Positions 36,769 through 46,666 of a DNA stretch of 64,000 bases are shown piece after piece. How positions within the stretch are numbered: the first letter of the stretch is position 1; each line of letters opens with the position of its first letter. Both the position numbers and the translations under genes were made by a program. The stretch comes from an uncultured Planctomycetales bacterium (GTDB taxonomy: Bacteria > Omnitrophota > Gorgyraeia > Aquiviventales > Aquiviventaceae): positions 6,651 to 70,650 of the forward strand of contig CAYJTP010000004.1 in assembly GCA_964373175.1 (NCBI GenBank), written 5' to 3'. The notes beneath the pieces were generated by a model that was not told the DNA's origin, searched no databases, and was given only the letters and a program-made list of their open reading frames with translations.

Positions 36769-37851
36769 TCAGCGACGAGAAGTATTCCCAGGTTGTCTGG
36801 GTGTCGTCGCGGCGGCACTTCCCCCCTGTGAGGAACCCCGGGCCGTCGCCGAGAGATCCGGTCGCACAAACACCATGCGACCCGCCGCCGTTTGCAAGAC
36901 GCTGGTGACGACCCCTTGGACGGTCTGGCCGATCAGGTGACGGCCGTTTTCCACCACCACCATGGTCCCATCGTCAAGATATGCCACGGCTTGGTGTGCT
37001 TCCTTGCCTTCCTTGAGGGGTTTGACCTCCAGGGCCTCACCCGGAAGCACGACCGGCCGAAGTCCCTGCGCCAATTCGTTGACGTTCAGGACCGTGACGC
37101 CCTGGAACTCTGCGACCTTATTGAGGTTATAATCGGTCGTCACCACCTTGGCCCCAAGCAGTTTGGCGAGCTTCACCAGTTTCGCATCGGTATCGGCGAT
37201 GCGCGGGATGTCCTCCTCATGGATGCGCAGATCCACGTGGGATTGACTGCGCAGGGCATTCAGGACATCTAAGCCCCGGCGACCCCGATTGCGTTTGATC
37301 GGATCGGCGCTGTCCGCAATCGCCTGCAGCTCCCGCAGGACGAACCGCGGGATAATCAGCCGACCTTCAAGAAATCGCGTCCGGCACAGTTCGGCGATTC
37401 GTCCATCGATGATGGCGCTGGTGTCAATCGCAAAGAGCTCTTCGCTACGATCCTGACGGGACAGCCGGACGTACGGGATCACGACGTTGAATTCGTCACG
37501 GCCGCGCAGCGCGACCACCATCCCGATATAGGCAAACGACCACGTCACCACCAGCCGAACCAGACTAATCGTCGCGGGATCGAGGGTCGTCAAGGCGATC
37601 GCATCGGACACCATCTTGGCCATAATCAGGCCGAACAACAGCCCAAACACCGCGGCGGAGAATCCCCGAACCGAGACCCGGCCGATGCGATGGAGCAACG
37701 CCTCAAAGGCGACGAGAAATCCGCCACAGAGAATCCCAACGGAAAACCAGAGCCACCACGCCACCAGGGACTGGGCTCGCTGGATCCCCAGCTGAATGCC
37801 CAGCAAGCCTCCAATGAGGATAAATCCCACGCGAATCAAGCGCAGATCCAT
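36769..37851 (-). CDS. Membrane-anchored PIN and TRAM domain protein (YacL-like)
   Basis: N-terminal TM helices, a PIN domain (…LFAIDTSAIIDGRIAEL…DPIKRNRGRRGLDVL…) and a C-terminal TRAM-like beta barrel (…GQTVQGVVTSVLQTAAGRMVFVR…). It sits in the yacL position between radA and ispD. Confidence 0.8.
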   Translation of the reverse strand: MDLRLIRVGFILIGGLLGIQLGIQRAQSLVAWWLWFSVGILCGGFLVAFEALLHRIGRVSVRGFSAAVFGLLFGLIMAKMVSDAIALTTLDPATISLVRLVVTWSFAYIGMVVALRGRDEFNVVIPYVRLSRQDRSEELFAIDTSAIIDGRIAELCRTRFLEGRLIIPRFVLRELQAIADSADPIKRNRGRRGLDVLNALRSQSHVDLRIHEEDIPRIADTDAKLVKLAKLLGAKVVTTDYNLNKVAEFQGVTVLNVNELAQGLRPVVLPGEALEVKPLKEGKEAHQAVAYLDDGTMVVVENGRHLIGQTVQGVVTSVLQTAAGRMVFVRPDLSATARGSSQGGSAAATTPRQPGNTSRR

Positions 37852-37914
37852 GGACTACTCACTCCCATGCATTGTTCCGCTCCCAAGAAGCAGACGACTG
37901 ACACGCCGGCTCGA

Positions 37915-39273
37915 TCAGGTGAGCGACGCCTGCACGGCCTCGCGAACGTTGCGCACCCCGACGACCTCAAGACCATCCGCCTGGATGGCGTGCTTCGAGG
38001 CCGCCACGAGGCACCGACGAAAACCCACCCGCTTCGCCTCGTGAAGCCGCTGGGCGAGATTGATGACAGGCCGAACTTCGCCGGTCAACCCCACCTCACC
38101 GATCGCGACATCCGTCCGGGCATTCGCCCGCTCCTTGAGGCTGGAGGCAATCGCCAGGGCCATCGCGAGATCGCAGGCAGGCTCCACCACCCGCACCCCA
38201 CCCAGCGATGAGACAAACACGTCCTGCTGGGCGAGCTGCGGCAGGCCGGCGCGCCGCTCGAGCACCGCCAACAACACGCTCACCCGATTAAAATCCACCC
38301 CGCTCGCTTTTCGACGGGGGAACCCCATGGTACACGGCGCCGTGAGGGCCTGAAGCTCGACCAGCAGCGGACGGCTCCCCTCGAGGCTCACCGTGACCAT
38401 GCAGCCGGGGGCTTGGTCGGTCCGATCACTCACGAAGAGCTCCGAGGGATTCGACACCTCGACCAGGCCCTCGCTCGTCATATGGAAGACGCCCAGCTCC
38501 GAGGTCTGGCCGAAGCGGTTCTTGGTGGTGCGCAACAAACGAAACCCGCTGGTGGGTTCCCCTTCGAAGTAGAGGACCGTGTCCACCAGATGCTCCAAGA
38601 CCTTTGGGCCGGCCAGGAATCCTTCTTTCGTGACATGACCAACCAAAATCATCGTGCAGATCTGATTCTTGGCGAGGCGAACCAGGCGATGGGCGCAAGC
38701 CCGGACTTGACTGATCGATCCCGGGCTTGAGGACAGCTCCCCGGATTCCACGACTTGAATCGAATCTACGATCACCACGTGCGCGGCGGTGTTGCGAATG
38801 GCTTCCTCAATGGCTTCGAGGTGTGTCTGTGAGACCAGCTGAATCGCGGACTCCCCCAGTCCCAGTCGCAGGGCCCGGAGTTTCGTCTGCCGGAGGCTCT
38901 CTTCCCCACTGGCATACAGGACCCGCAAGCCAGTGGCCCCTAAGCGGCCCGCCATGGAGAGTAGCAGCGTCGATTTGCCGATGCCCGGCTCCCCACCCAC
39001 GAGAATCACCGAACCCGGGACCAACCCCCCGCCTAAGACCCGATCAAGCTCTCCAATCCCGGTCTGGATGCGGATCGTGTCGTCAAGCGGGACCTCCGCC
39101 AGGAGGGTTGGGGTCACGGGTTCTGCGGTGACGGTGGACGTCCGAGGGGCTTCCTCAACCACTTCTTCCACCAAGGTGTTCCACTCCCCACACCCGGGGC
39201 AGCGGCCCGCCCACTTGATGGCCTGACACCCACACTGTTGGCAGATGAAGACGGCTTTGAGCTTACTGGCCAT
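37915..39273 (-). CDS. radA: DNA repair protein RadA (Sms)
   Basis: N-terminal Zn finger CQQCGCQAIKWAGRCPGCGEW, RecA-like ATPase (GGEPGIGKSTLLL), KNRFG motif and C-terminal Lon-like domain. Confidence 0.95.
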   Translation of the reverse strand: MASKLKAVFICQQCGCQAIKWAGRCPGCGEWNTLVEEVVEEAPRTSTVTAEPVTPTLLAEVPLDDTIRIQTGIGELDRVLGGGLVPGSVILVGGEPGIGKSTLLLSMAGRLGATGLRVLYASGEESLRQTKLRALRLGLGESAIQLVSQTHLEAIEEAIRNTAAHVVIVDSIQVVESGELSSSPGSISQVRACAHRLVRLAKNQICTMILVGHVTKEGFLAGPKVLEHLVDTVLYFEGEPTSGFRLLRTTKNRFGQTSELGVFHMTSEGLVEVSNPSELFVSDRTDQAPGCMVTVSLEGSRPLLVELQALTAPCTMGFPRRKASGVDFNRVSVLLAVLERRAGLPQLAQQDVFVSSLGGVRVVEPACDLAMALAIASSLKERANARTDVAIGEVGLTGEVRPVINLAQRLHEAKRVGFRRCLVAASKHAIQADGLEVVGVRNVREAVQASLT

Positions 39274-39274
39274 G

Positions 39275-39372
39275 ACTTCGCGATCAGAAGACAGAGGTCA
39301 GAAGTCAGAGGACAGGCGCGGCCGAGCTTATTGGGTACCTGTCTTCTGTCGTCTGTCTTCTGTCTTCTGTCC
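39275..39372. repeat. Heptamer-repeat element, copy f: inverted pair or hairpin between mlaD and radA
   Basis: gatcagaagacagaggtcagaagtcagaggacagg…ctgtcttctgtcgtctgtcttctgtcttctgtcc. Confidence 0.8.
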
Positions 39373-40101
39373 CTTCGGACGGATCAGGAGTTTCCAGGGG
39401 TGTTCTCGGAGATCATCGACAAACAGGACGATGCGCTGGTAGAGATCCTCGTCAAACAGGAGCTTCCCGAGATTGCCTTCACCGCCTTCCGCGTGGTACA
39501 TCGCCACGTTGAGCCGTTCGCCCAACAACCGCCACTGCCGTGTCGCATCCCGAGCCTCCTGCAAGGCCTCTTTGAGATAGATGCGCGCTTCGGGGTCCCC
39601 GACCAGCGCATTCAACCCTTCCAGGGCTCGCTTAAACTCGGTGAGGACTTCGTTGGACCGTTGGATGACTTGTTCGGTGGACACCGGGGGTCTGCCGATC
39701 AACAGATCCGTGGCTTTGACGAGCGCTCCGGTCCCAGCCCCGGGGATGATCTCGAGGTATTTCTCCCCTAACAACCCAAACGTGCTGATGGCGGCGATGT
39801 CGTCCGTCCGAATCTGCAGCCGGCGGGGCACGCGCGCGATCAATTCGACCTTGGGCCGCGAGGGATCCGATGGATAGATGATCCGCACATCCTCGACCTT
39901 GCCCACTTCGACCCCAGCGTACTGCACCGGAGAGCCCCGCGCGATCCCGTTGGCCGCGTCAAACACGACGTGCAACGTCAGCCCGGGCTGGAAGTAGGTC
40001 GCCAGGTCCCCGATGGCAAACAGAAACACCACCAGCATGACCATCCCCGAGATGATGAACGCCCCCACCTTCATCTCGAGTGACACGACCCGTTGCTGCA
40101 T
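39328..40101 (-). CDS. mlaD: MCE-family protein MlaD (outer-membrane lipid asymmetry maintenance) with a heptamer-encoded C-terminal tail
   Basis: TM helix plus MCE domain (…VVFDAANGIARGSPVQYAGVEVGKVEDVRI…). Ends …[21 protein letters not shown]. The preferred start is the Met at ~40101, adjacent to the mlaF stop. Confidence 0.8.
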   Translation of the reverse strand: MQQRVVSLEMKVGAFIISGMVMLVVFLFAIGDLATYFQPGLTLHVVFDAANGIARGSPVQYAGVEVGKVEDVRIIYPSDPSRPKVELIARVPRRLQIRTDDIAAISTFGLLGEKYLEIIPGAGTGALVKATDLLIGRPPVSTEQVIQRSNEVLTEFKRALEGLNALVGDPEARIYLKEALQEARDATRQWRLLGERLNVAMYHAEGGEGNLGKLLFDEDLYQRIVLFVDDLREHPWKLLIRPKGQKTEDRRQKTGTQ

Positions 40102-40103
40102 CG

Positions 40104-40919
40104 TCACGATCCCTTTCGCAGGACTTGCCTCCACAAGGGCTTGCGCCACTGGGTCAAGATCCGGCGATCCGGCAGCCCCTCCTGGATGGGCCCCATCGCG
40201 TGCCCCTGGATAAACTGTTGCACGATCGGGTTCTTCGACGCCTTGATGGCGTCTGGCGTCCCCACCTCCACAATGGCACCATTGTAAAGCATCGCGAGGC
40301 GATCTGCCACTTTGTAGGCGCTGCGCATATCATGGGTGACAACCACGGAGGTCACCCGGAGGCGATCGTGCAGGGTGACGATGAGGTCATTGATCACGTC
40401 CCCCATGATCGGATCGACCCCGGTAGTGGGTTCATCATAGAGGATCATTTCCGGATTCATGGCCAGTGCCCGGGCGAGCCCTGCCCGCTTGCGCATCCCG
40501 CCAGACAGCTCCGCGGGATGGAGGTCCTCGACCCCCTCCAGCCCGACAAGCGCCAGGCACTCCCGAACGCGCTGCCGAATCGCGGCGGGATCCATAGTGG
40601 TATGCTCCCGCAAGGGGAACGCGACGTTCTCCCCCACCGTCATCGAGTCAAACAGCGCGGCTCCCTGAAAGAGCATCCCGAACTTTTTCCGGAGCTCGTC
40701 GAGGGACCGGCCGGTGAGCTGCGTGACGTCGATCTCATCCACCAGCACCGATCCCTGCTCGGGCTTCATCAAGCCGATGATGTGCTTCAACAGCACGGAT
40801 TTGCCGCATCCGGAGCGCCCGATGACCACCATCGTCTCGCCGGTCTTGATCGTCAGGTCCAGGTGGTCCAGGACCAGATGATGGTTGAATGTTTTGGTGA
40901 GTTCCTTGATTTCGATCAT
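40104..40919 (-). CDS. mlaF: ABC transporter ATP-binding protein MlaF
   Basis: Walker A GRSGCGKS, signature LSGGMRKRAGLARA, Walker B ILYDEPTTGVDP. Confidence 0.9.
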   Translation of the reverse strand: MIEIKELTKTFNHHLVLDHLDLTIKTGETMVVIGRSGCGKSVLLKHIIGLMKPEQGSVLVDEIDVTQLTGRSLDELRKKFGMLFQGAALFDSMTVGENVAFPLREHTTMDPAAIRQRVRECLALVGLEGVEDLHPAELSGGMRKRAGLARALAMNPEMILYDEPTTGVDPIMGDVINDLIVTLHDRLRVTSVVVTHDMRSAYKVADRLAMLYNGAIVEVGTPDAIKASKNPIVQQFIQGHAMGPIQEGLPDRRILTQWRKPLWRQVLRKGS

Positions 40920-41007
40920 CCGCCTACCTAGGGGGCAAGGGACGAGAGACGTGGGGCGAGGAACTGGAAATCCCCACGCCCCTTGACCCCCGCCCCGCCC
41001 CCCGTCT

Positions 41008-41805
41008 TCATCGCCCGATGAAGTAGAACGCCGCCGTGATGAGACAGTCAGACGCGATGATGAGGATGAAGGACGTCACCACCGCCCTCGTGGTCGCGCG
41101 GCCCACCCCTTCCGCACCCCCCTCGGTCCGAAACCCCTCAAAGCAACTCACCACGCAGATGATCAGGGCAAAGACACACGACTTCAACAACCCAGAGCCG
41201 AGATCCTTGAAGGCCAGCGGGGTGAAGGTCATCTGCCAATAGAGGCTGGGCAGGATCCCCAGCTTCACGGTCCCAATCAGAAACCCCCCGGCAATCCCAA
41301 TCGCATCTGCCCACACGGTCAGCAAGGGCAGCGCCACGAGCATGGCCAGCAACCTTGGCACGATGAGGTAGCGTACCGGGTCGGTCGCCAGCGTCATGAG
41401 CGCATCGATCTGCTCCGTCACTTTCATGGTCCCGAGCTCCGCCGCAATCGCAGAGCCCACCCGTCCTGCCACAATGAGCGCGGTCATGACCGGGCCGATC
41501 TCTCGCACCACGGACAAGGCCACGAGGCTGGCGATATAGATCTCGGCGGCCAAGCGCTGCATCTGGTAGGCGCTCTGAAAGGCGAGGACCATCCCCACAA
41601 ACAACAACGACAGCGACACGATGAACCAGGACTGCACCCCGATCTTCCAGAGTTCATAGATGACGGCTTTGGCGCGAAGCGGCTTGACGAAACACCCGCC
41701 GACCGATTGCGCCAACAGGACGCCCAGATGCCCGGCGTAGTCCGCAATCTGCACCACCCAGGCCCCGGCTAATGCCACGGGGACGGCGACGCGGGAAACC
41801 TTCAT
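41008..41805 (-). CDS. mlaE: ABC transporter permease MlaE
   Basis: 265 aa multi-TM with the MlaE conserved region …EIGPVMTALIVAGRVGSAIAAELGTMKVTEQIDAL…. Confidence 0.9.
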   Translation of the reverse strand: MKVSRVAVPVALAGAWVVQIADYAGHLGVLLAQSVGGCFVKPLRAKAVIYELWKIGVQSWFIVSLSLLFVGMVLAFQSAYQMQRLAAEIYIASLVALSVVREIGPVMTALIVAGRVGSAIAAELGTMKVTEQIDALMTLATDPVRYLIVPRLLAMLVALPLLTVWADAIGIAGGFLIGTVKLGILPSLYWQMTFTPLAFKDLGSGLLKSCVFALIICVVSCFEGFRTEGGAEGVGRATTRAVVTSFILIIASDCLITAAFYFIGR

Positions 41806-42081
41806 CCTTCTACAACCTCGTCACCACAAGACCCGTCCTCAGCAGAGCGACCTGGTCGCTGGTGACCGGTCTTTGGTTTCGTCTCTCATGGAGCCCCCCG
41901 GGCAAGCCCGGGGTACCCTCTTGCCCGCCGTCGCTCTTCGAGCTTCGGCGAGGCATCCGCCTCCCCTCCAGGGGGCGACATCTCGCCGAAGCAGGAGTGC
42001 CGCATTCCTCCCCGGCCAAGGCCGGGGTCTCCTGCGGAGGCGGATGAAACGAACAGGCGATTGGATCACGCTGACCCAATC

Positions 42082-42187
42082 GCCCCCACACCAATTTGCT
42101 GCATCGTGACGACGGGAAGGTGACGGACTATGTGCTTAATGAGACGGCCGCGTTGGCATTCGGACCGGACCGGCAAATTGGTGTGGG
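42082..42187. repeat. 17-bp perfect inverted repeat CCCCCACACCAATTTGC … GCAAATTGGTGTGGGGG enclosing ~70 nt, immediately 3' of clpC (CCCCACACC-TIR family)
   Basis: Read directly at 42082-42098 and 42171-42187. The spacer 41806-42080 also carries stacked GC palindromes (cccgggcaagcccggg, ccccggccaaggccgggg). Confidence 0.7.
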
Positions 42188-42189
42188 GG

Positions 42190-44637
42190 TCAACTGGTCG
42201 TGGCAGGACGCTCAAGTGCCAGTTCACCTTCAAACTCAAGCGTTTCGCCTTTCCGAAAGACCCGAACCGGCGATCCCTGTTTGAACCGCTTGGCGATCAC
42301 CTCTTCCGCCAGGGGATCTTCCAGGAAGCGCTGGATCACCCGTTTGAGCGGTCGCGCCCCGTAGATTGGATCAAACCCCTTCTCCACGATGAAGTCTTTC
42401 GCGGACTGATCGAGTTCAATGATAATCCCTTGCTCGCGCAACCGTTCTTTGACGTAGCCGATCTCCAGCTCCACGATCTTGCTGAGATCCTCGCGGCTGA
42501 GCGGGCGGAAGACGATCACCTCATCGACCCGGTTCAAGAATTCCGGTTTGAACGCCCGCTTGACCTCATCCATGAGCTGTTCCTTCATCTTGTCGAAGGT
42601 GACCTCTTCCTTGGCCGGCGAAAACCCCAGGCTGCCCTGCTTCTTCAACAGCTCCGCCCCCAGGTTGGAGGTCATGATGAGCACCGTATTGCGAAAATCC
42701 ACCTTGCGGCCAAAGCTGTCGGTCAGGCGTCCGTCCTCCAACACTTGCAGGAGGAGGTTGAAGACATCTGGATGGGCCTTCTCGATCTCATCGAGGAGCA
42801 CCACCGAATACGGCCGGCGGCGGATCCGTTCGGTCAACTGCCCGCCTTCTTCGTAGCCGACGTAGCCCGGTGGGGCCCCAACCAATCGGGAGACATTGAA
42901 CTTCTCCATGTACTCCGACATGTCGAGCTGCGCCAGGGCGCCTTCGTCCCCGAAGAGAAACTCGGCCAACGCCCTCGCCACTAAGCTCTTGCCGACCCCG
43001 GTGGGGCCGAGGAAGATAAACGACCCAATCGGTCGGCGCGGGTCCTTGATCCCAGCGCGGGAGCGTCGGATGGCCCGCGCGATGGCAGCGATCGCTTCGT
43101 TTTGATCGATGAGGCGCTTGTGGAGCCCGTCTTCCATCTTCAGGAGCCGCTCGCTCTCTTTCTCTTCGAGGCGAGACACCGGCACCCCAGTCCACTTGGA
43201 GACAATCACGGCGATATCTTCCGCCGTGATGGCGGGCATCGCGTCGCCCTTCGTTTTCTTCCACTCTTGCCTGACCTTTTCCAGGCGCTCTTTGGCTTCC
43301 CGCTCTTGATCACGCAGACTGGCCGCCCGTTCGAAGTCCTGCCCTTTGATGGCGGCTTCTTTTTCCTTTCGAATCTGCTCCATTTTCTCTTCAAGGTCCT
43401 TAATCTCCGGCGGCGTCGTGAGGACCGATAGCCTCGCGCGGGATCCGGCTTCATCGATGAGGTCGATCGCCTTATCCGGCAAGAACCGACCCGCGATGTA
43501 GCGGTCGGCCTGCTTCGCGGCGGCCGCCAGGGCTTCGTCGAGATACTTCACCCGGTGATGCGCTTCGTATTTGTCGCGCAAGCCCTTGAGGATTTCGACC
43601 GTCTCATCGACTGACGGGGGTTCCACCATGATGGTCTGGAAGCGCCGCTCAAGCGCCGCATCCTTCTCGATGTACTTGCGGTATTCATCCAACGTCGTCG
43701 CCCCGATACACTGGATCTCACCACGCGAGAGGGCGGGCTTGAGGATATTGGAGGCGTCGATCGCGCCTTCGGCGGATCCCGCGCCGACCAGGGTGTGCAA
43801 CTCGTCAATGAACATGATGACGTTTTCCGAGCGGCGGATTTCGTCCATCACGGCCTTGATGCGTTCCTCAAACTGCCCACGGTACTTGGTCCCGGCGACC
43901 ATGAGGGCGAGGTCCAGGATGATCACCCGCTTGTCGCGCAAGATCTCCGGTACGTCGCCCTTGACGACCATTTGGGCCAAGCCCTCGACGATGGCCGTTT
44001 TCCCGACACCCGCCTCCCCCAGTAACACTGGGTTGTTCTTGGTCCGACGGGCCAAGATCTGGATCACCCGCTCGATCTCATCCTTGCGGCCGATCACGGG
44101 ATCGAGCTTGCCTTCCTGGGCGAGCTTCGTGAGATCCCGACCAAACGCATCGAGTGCCGGCGTCTTGGTCTTTGAGGAGGGCCCCGTTTGGGGCGGACCG
44201 GACGAGCCGAGTAAGGTGATGACTTCGTTGCGGACCCGATTGAGATCCAAGCCGAGGTTCATCAGGACCTGGGACGCCACGCCCTCGCCTTCCCGAATCA
44301 GACCCAGCAGCAGGTGTTCCGTCCCAATGTAGTTGTGGCCGAGGGACCTGGCCTCTTCCATCGCCAGCTCAATGACCTTTTTCGCCTTGGGGGTAAAGGG
44401 GATGTCGCCGGAGACCATGGTGCTGGGTCCGCTCTGCACCAGTTTCTCGACTTCCAACCGGATCTTCTCAGGCGACAAACCGAGTTTCTGTAAGACCGCG
44501 GCCGCCACGCCTTCCCCCTCACGGATCAACCCCAGCAGGATATGCTCGGTGCCGATGTAGTCATGGTTGAACCGTTTGGCCTCTTCCTTGGCTAACAGGA
44601 TGACTTTCCGAGCCCGTTCCGTGAATTTATTAAACAT
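42190..44637 (-). CDS. clpC: ATP-dependent Clp protease ATP-binding subunit ClpC. The true start is [12 protein letters not shown] at ~44637.
   Basis: Duplicated Clp_N repeats, two AAA+ modules ([15 protein letters not shown]… and [15 protein letters not shown]…), and a UVR-type coiled-coil linker. Confidence 0.95.
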   Translation of the reverse strand: MFNKFTERARKVILLAKEEAKRFNHDYIGTEHILLGLIREGEGVAAAVLQKLGLSPEKIRLEVEKLVQSGPSTMVSGDIPFTPKAKKVIELAMEEARSLGHNYIGTEHLLLGLIREGEGVASQVLMNLGLDLNRVRNEVITLLGSSGPPQTGPSSKTKTPALDAFGRDLTKLAQEGKLDPVIGRKDEIERVIQILARRTKNNPVLLGEAGVGKTAIVEGLAQMVVKGDVPEILRDKRVIILDLALMVAGTKYRGQFEERIKAVMDEIRRSENVIMFIDELHTLVGAGSAEGAIDASNILKPALSRGEIQCIGATTLDEYRKYIEKDAALERRFQTIMVEPPSVDETVEILKGLRDKYEAHHRVKYLDEALAAAAKQADRYIAGRFLPDKAIDLIDEAGSRARLSVLTTPPEIKDLEEKMEQIRKEKEAAIKGQDFERAASLRDQEREAKERLEKVRQEWKKTKGDAMPAITAEDIAVIVSKWTGVPVSRLEEKESERLLKMEDGLHKRLIDQNEAIAAIARAIRRSRAGIKDPRRPIGSFIFLGPTGVGKSLVARALAEFLFGDEGALAQLDMSEYMEKFNVSRLVGAPPGYVGYEEGGQLTERIRRRPYSVVLLDEIEKAHPDVFNLLLQVLEDGRLTDSFGRKVDFRNTVLIMTSNLGAELLKKQGSLGFSPAKEEVTFDKMKEQLMDEVKRAFKPEFLNRVDEVIVFRPLSREDLSKIVELEIGYVKERLREQGIIIELDQSAKDFIVEKGFDPIYGARPLKRVIQRFLEDPLAEEVIAKRFKQGSPVRVFRKGETLEFEGELALERPATTS

Positions 44638-44659
44638 CGGTGCCGCTCCTTCAATGAAG

Positions 44660-44700
44660 ACACAAGTTATGGAGTCCGCCAGGACGACATAACTTGTCTG
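44660..44700 (-). promoter_or_regulatory. 10-bp inverted repeat ACAAGTTATG-N16-CATAACTTGT located 25-60 nt upstream of the clpC start. Candidate operator.
   Basis: agacacaagttatggagtccgccaggacgacataacttgtctg. It matches neither the CtsR direct-repeat box nor CIRCE as recalled. Confidence 0.35.
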
Positions 44701-44705
44701 TCTGA

Positions 44706-44742
44706 ATTTCCGCCAGAGGCGGATCCGCCTTCGGCGGAGAAC
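44706..44742. repeat. REP-type palindrome TCCGCCAGAGGCGGATCCGCCTTCGGCGGAG. Other copies at ~8885-8925, ~60800-60845 and ~61380-61420.
   Basis: ccgccagaggcggatccgccttcggcggag. Compare ccgccaaaggcggatccgcctctggcggag (8885) and ccgccggaggcggatccgcccctcgcc (60800). Confidence 0.75.
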
Positions 44743-44843
44743 CCCACACCCAGCATCGCTGGCGAATCCTCTCAACCTCACAAAGCCGTCATCCCGTCCT
44801 CAACGGCTAGCTACTTGCGACTCCACCGCTGGGTGTGGGGTCA
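44736..44843. repeat. 13-bp inverted repeat CCCCACACCCAGC … GCTGGGTGTGGGG separated by ~80 nt (CCCCACACC-TIR family) in the mcsB-clpC spacer
   Basis: Read directly. The terminal motif matches the pairs at 42082/42171 and 28614/28676. Confidence 0.65.
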
Positions 44844-44898
44844 CATTCTGCCAGACCACTTACGTCGCGATGCTCCGTAAGTGGTGGCGTCATGTGAC

Positions 44899-45960
44899 CT
44901 ATTCTCCCGTGCCGAGCCGACGACGAATCAACTCAGCACGTTTCGCATCACGTTCTTGCGTGGAGAGCCGGCCCCCTTCCAGTTTCTGGAGGTGGGCGGG
45001 CTGTGAAAAGATCAAGAGTTCATTGACCAGGGGACGGTCCACGTGCTTCATGATCCCCAGATCCACCCCGAGCCGCACCGCGGAGAGGAGATCCAGCGTC
45101 TCCCCGGAGCTGATCGTCTGCGCGTGGCGCAAGATCCCATAGGCTCGCCAAATCCGATCCTCAAGTTGCAAGCGGTTGTTCGCCATGAGCCCCTCACGCG
45201 CCGTGTGTTCATGGTCGATGACCTGTTTCAGGATGCGCTCGATATTCTCGATGAGCTCTTCTTCGGGGCGACCCAACGCGACTTGGTTCGAAATCTGGAA
45301 AAAGTTCCCCGACGCTTCGGTCCCTTCCCCGTAGAGCCCGCGGGCAGTCAACCCCAGCTTCGTGATCGCGTGCAGGACCTTATTGATCTGTTTCGTGATG
45401 ACGAGCGCCGGCAGATGGACCATCACCGAGGCCCGCATCCCGGTTCCGGTATTCGTCAGACAGCACGTCAGATAGCCCCAGTCGCTTGAATACGCGTAGG
45501 GGATCGCCTCAGAGAGCTCGTCATCGAGGACGTCCATGGTCGTCCAGGCGTCCCGCAGATTTAAGCCCGACTGCATGACCTGAATGCGCAGGTGATCCTC
45601 TTCGTTGATCATGATGCTGATCACCTCGCCCTGCCCAATGGCCACCGCCCGATGGTCCGCGCGGCTAGCGTGCTCCCGGCTGATCAGATGCCGCTCCACC
45701 AAGAACAGCCGGTCGATTTCATCGAGCTCCTCCATCTGAAAGAACAACGGCTGAGGCAGCGACGCGGTGTGCTCGAGACCTTCTTTCACGATGCGAAGGA
45801 CGTCGGCCTCGGTCTCTTTGGTCGCCCGCGTGGCGAACGGGAGCTTTTCAAGATTGCGAGCCAGCCGAATCCGGCTGGACATCACGATCTCCGAGACCGG
45901 CCCAACCCCGCGCAGCCACTCACTTGGATGTTTGATGAGGTCGTCCAGTTCTTCCGCCAT
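44899..45960 (-). CDS. mcsB: Protein arginine kinase McsB
   Basis: Phosphagen-kinase-like catalytic domain (…EEDHLRIQVMQSGLNL…, …CLTNTGTGMRASVMVHLPAL…). Confidence 0.9.
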   Translation of the reverse strand: MAEELDDLIKHPSEWLRGVGPVSEIVMSSRIRLARNLEKLPFATRATKETEADVLRIVKEGLEHTASLPQPLFFQMEELDEIDRLFLVERHLISREHASRADHRAVAIGQGEVISIMINEEDHLRIQVMQSGLNLRDAWTTMDVLDDELSEAIPYAYSSDWGYLTCCLTNTGTGMRASVMVHLPALVITKQINKVLHAITKLGLTARGLYGEGTEASGNFFQISNQVALGRPEEELIENIERILKQVIDHEHTAREGLMANNRLQLEDRIWRAYGILRHAQTISSGETLDLLSAVRLGVDLGIMKHVDRPLVNELLIFSQPAHLQKLEGGRLSTQERDAKRAELIRRRLGTGE

Positions 45961-45963
45961 GGC

Positions 45964-46491
45964 CTATTTCTTGTTCCAACTCCGATGCTCCTGCTGCTCG
46001 ACCTCTCGAATCTGATCCCGCAGCTGTGCCGCGTCCTCAAACTCTTCCATCTCAATGGCCCGTTCCAGTTTCCGCTTCAGCTCCGCCAGCTCCAGCTTCC
46101 CTGTCGGCGGCTTGACCAACCGGGCCGGCGATTTGCCCACATGATGCGGGGAGCCGTGAATCCGCTTGAGCAGACTTGCCAGGCTTCGCTTGAACGTCGT
46201 GTAGCATTCCGCACAGCCCAACCGCCCCACCTTGCGGAAATCGTCGTACGTCATCCCGCAGTTGGGGCAGGCTTTCGTCGAGACCGCTTCCTCAACCTCG
46301 GTGGTCTTTCCCACGTCGGCCAGCCCCGCCAAGAGGTCCGCCAAGCCGAAATGGCTCTCCACCTGGGAGCCTTTTTCGTTGGCGCACCCCTCGCACAAAT
46401 GCAGCTCGGTCATCTGATCGTTGACAATCTCGGTCAGATGGACCGTCGCTTGCTGTTGTTTGCAGGCGTCGCAAACCATCGTTCTTTCCAC
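45964..46491 (-). CDS. mcsA: McsA (UvrB/C-motif protein, activator of McsB)
   Basis: Two CxxC zinc-finger pairs (CDACKQQQATVHLTEIVNDQMTELHLCEGCA; CPNCGMTYDDFRKVGRLGCAECY) plus a C-terminal UVR motif (…FEDAAQLRDQIREVE…). Confidence 0.85.
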   Translation of the reverse strand: MERTMVCDACKQQQATVHLTEIVNDQMTELHLCEGCANEKGSQVESHFGLADLLAGLADVGKTTEVEEAVSTKACPNCGMTYDDFRKVGRLGCAECYTTFKRSLASLLKRIHGSPHHVGKSPARLVKPPTGKLELAELKRKLERAIEMEEFEDAAQLRDQIREVEQQEHRSWNKK

Positions 46492-46666
46492 CCTCTTACT
46501 AGTCTAGCAGGTTTTCAACGGGAGGCAAAGTGGGCGCCTGTTAGAGCTGGTTCCACAACCTCCCGTGGCTGTGGGCTGGGGGCTGTGGGCTCTGGGCACG
46601 GGCGACAGACGACCCCGAGCCCCGAACCCTGAGCCCTCAGCCGAGAAACGGGTTTGAAAGATGCTG

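Noticed and set aside
41806-42189. Structured ncRNA gene (e.g. SRP RNA, RNase P, tmRNA) in the 380-bp mlaE-clpC spacer
   Set aside because: No conserved SRP, RNase P or tmRNA core motifs were recognisable by eye. The region is fully accounted for by stacked REP palindromes and the CCCCCACACC inverted pair. It is kept only as a repeat feature.
46492-46666. CtsR operator or ctsR gene upstream of mcsA
   Set aside because: The 175-bp spacer contains only CTGTGGGCT and CCCGAGCCC short repeats. No GGTCAAA-type direct repeat is present and no ORF resembles CtsR. The window begins the stress operon with mcsA.
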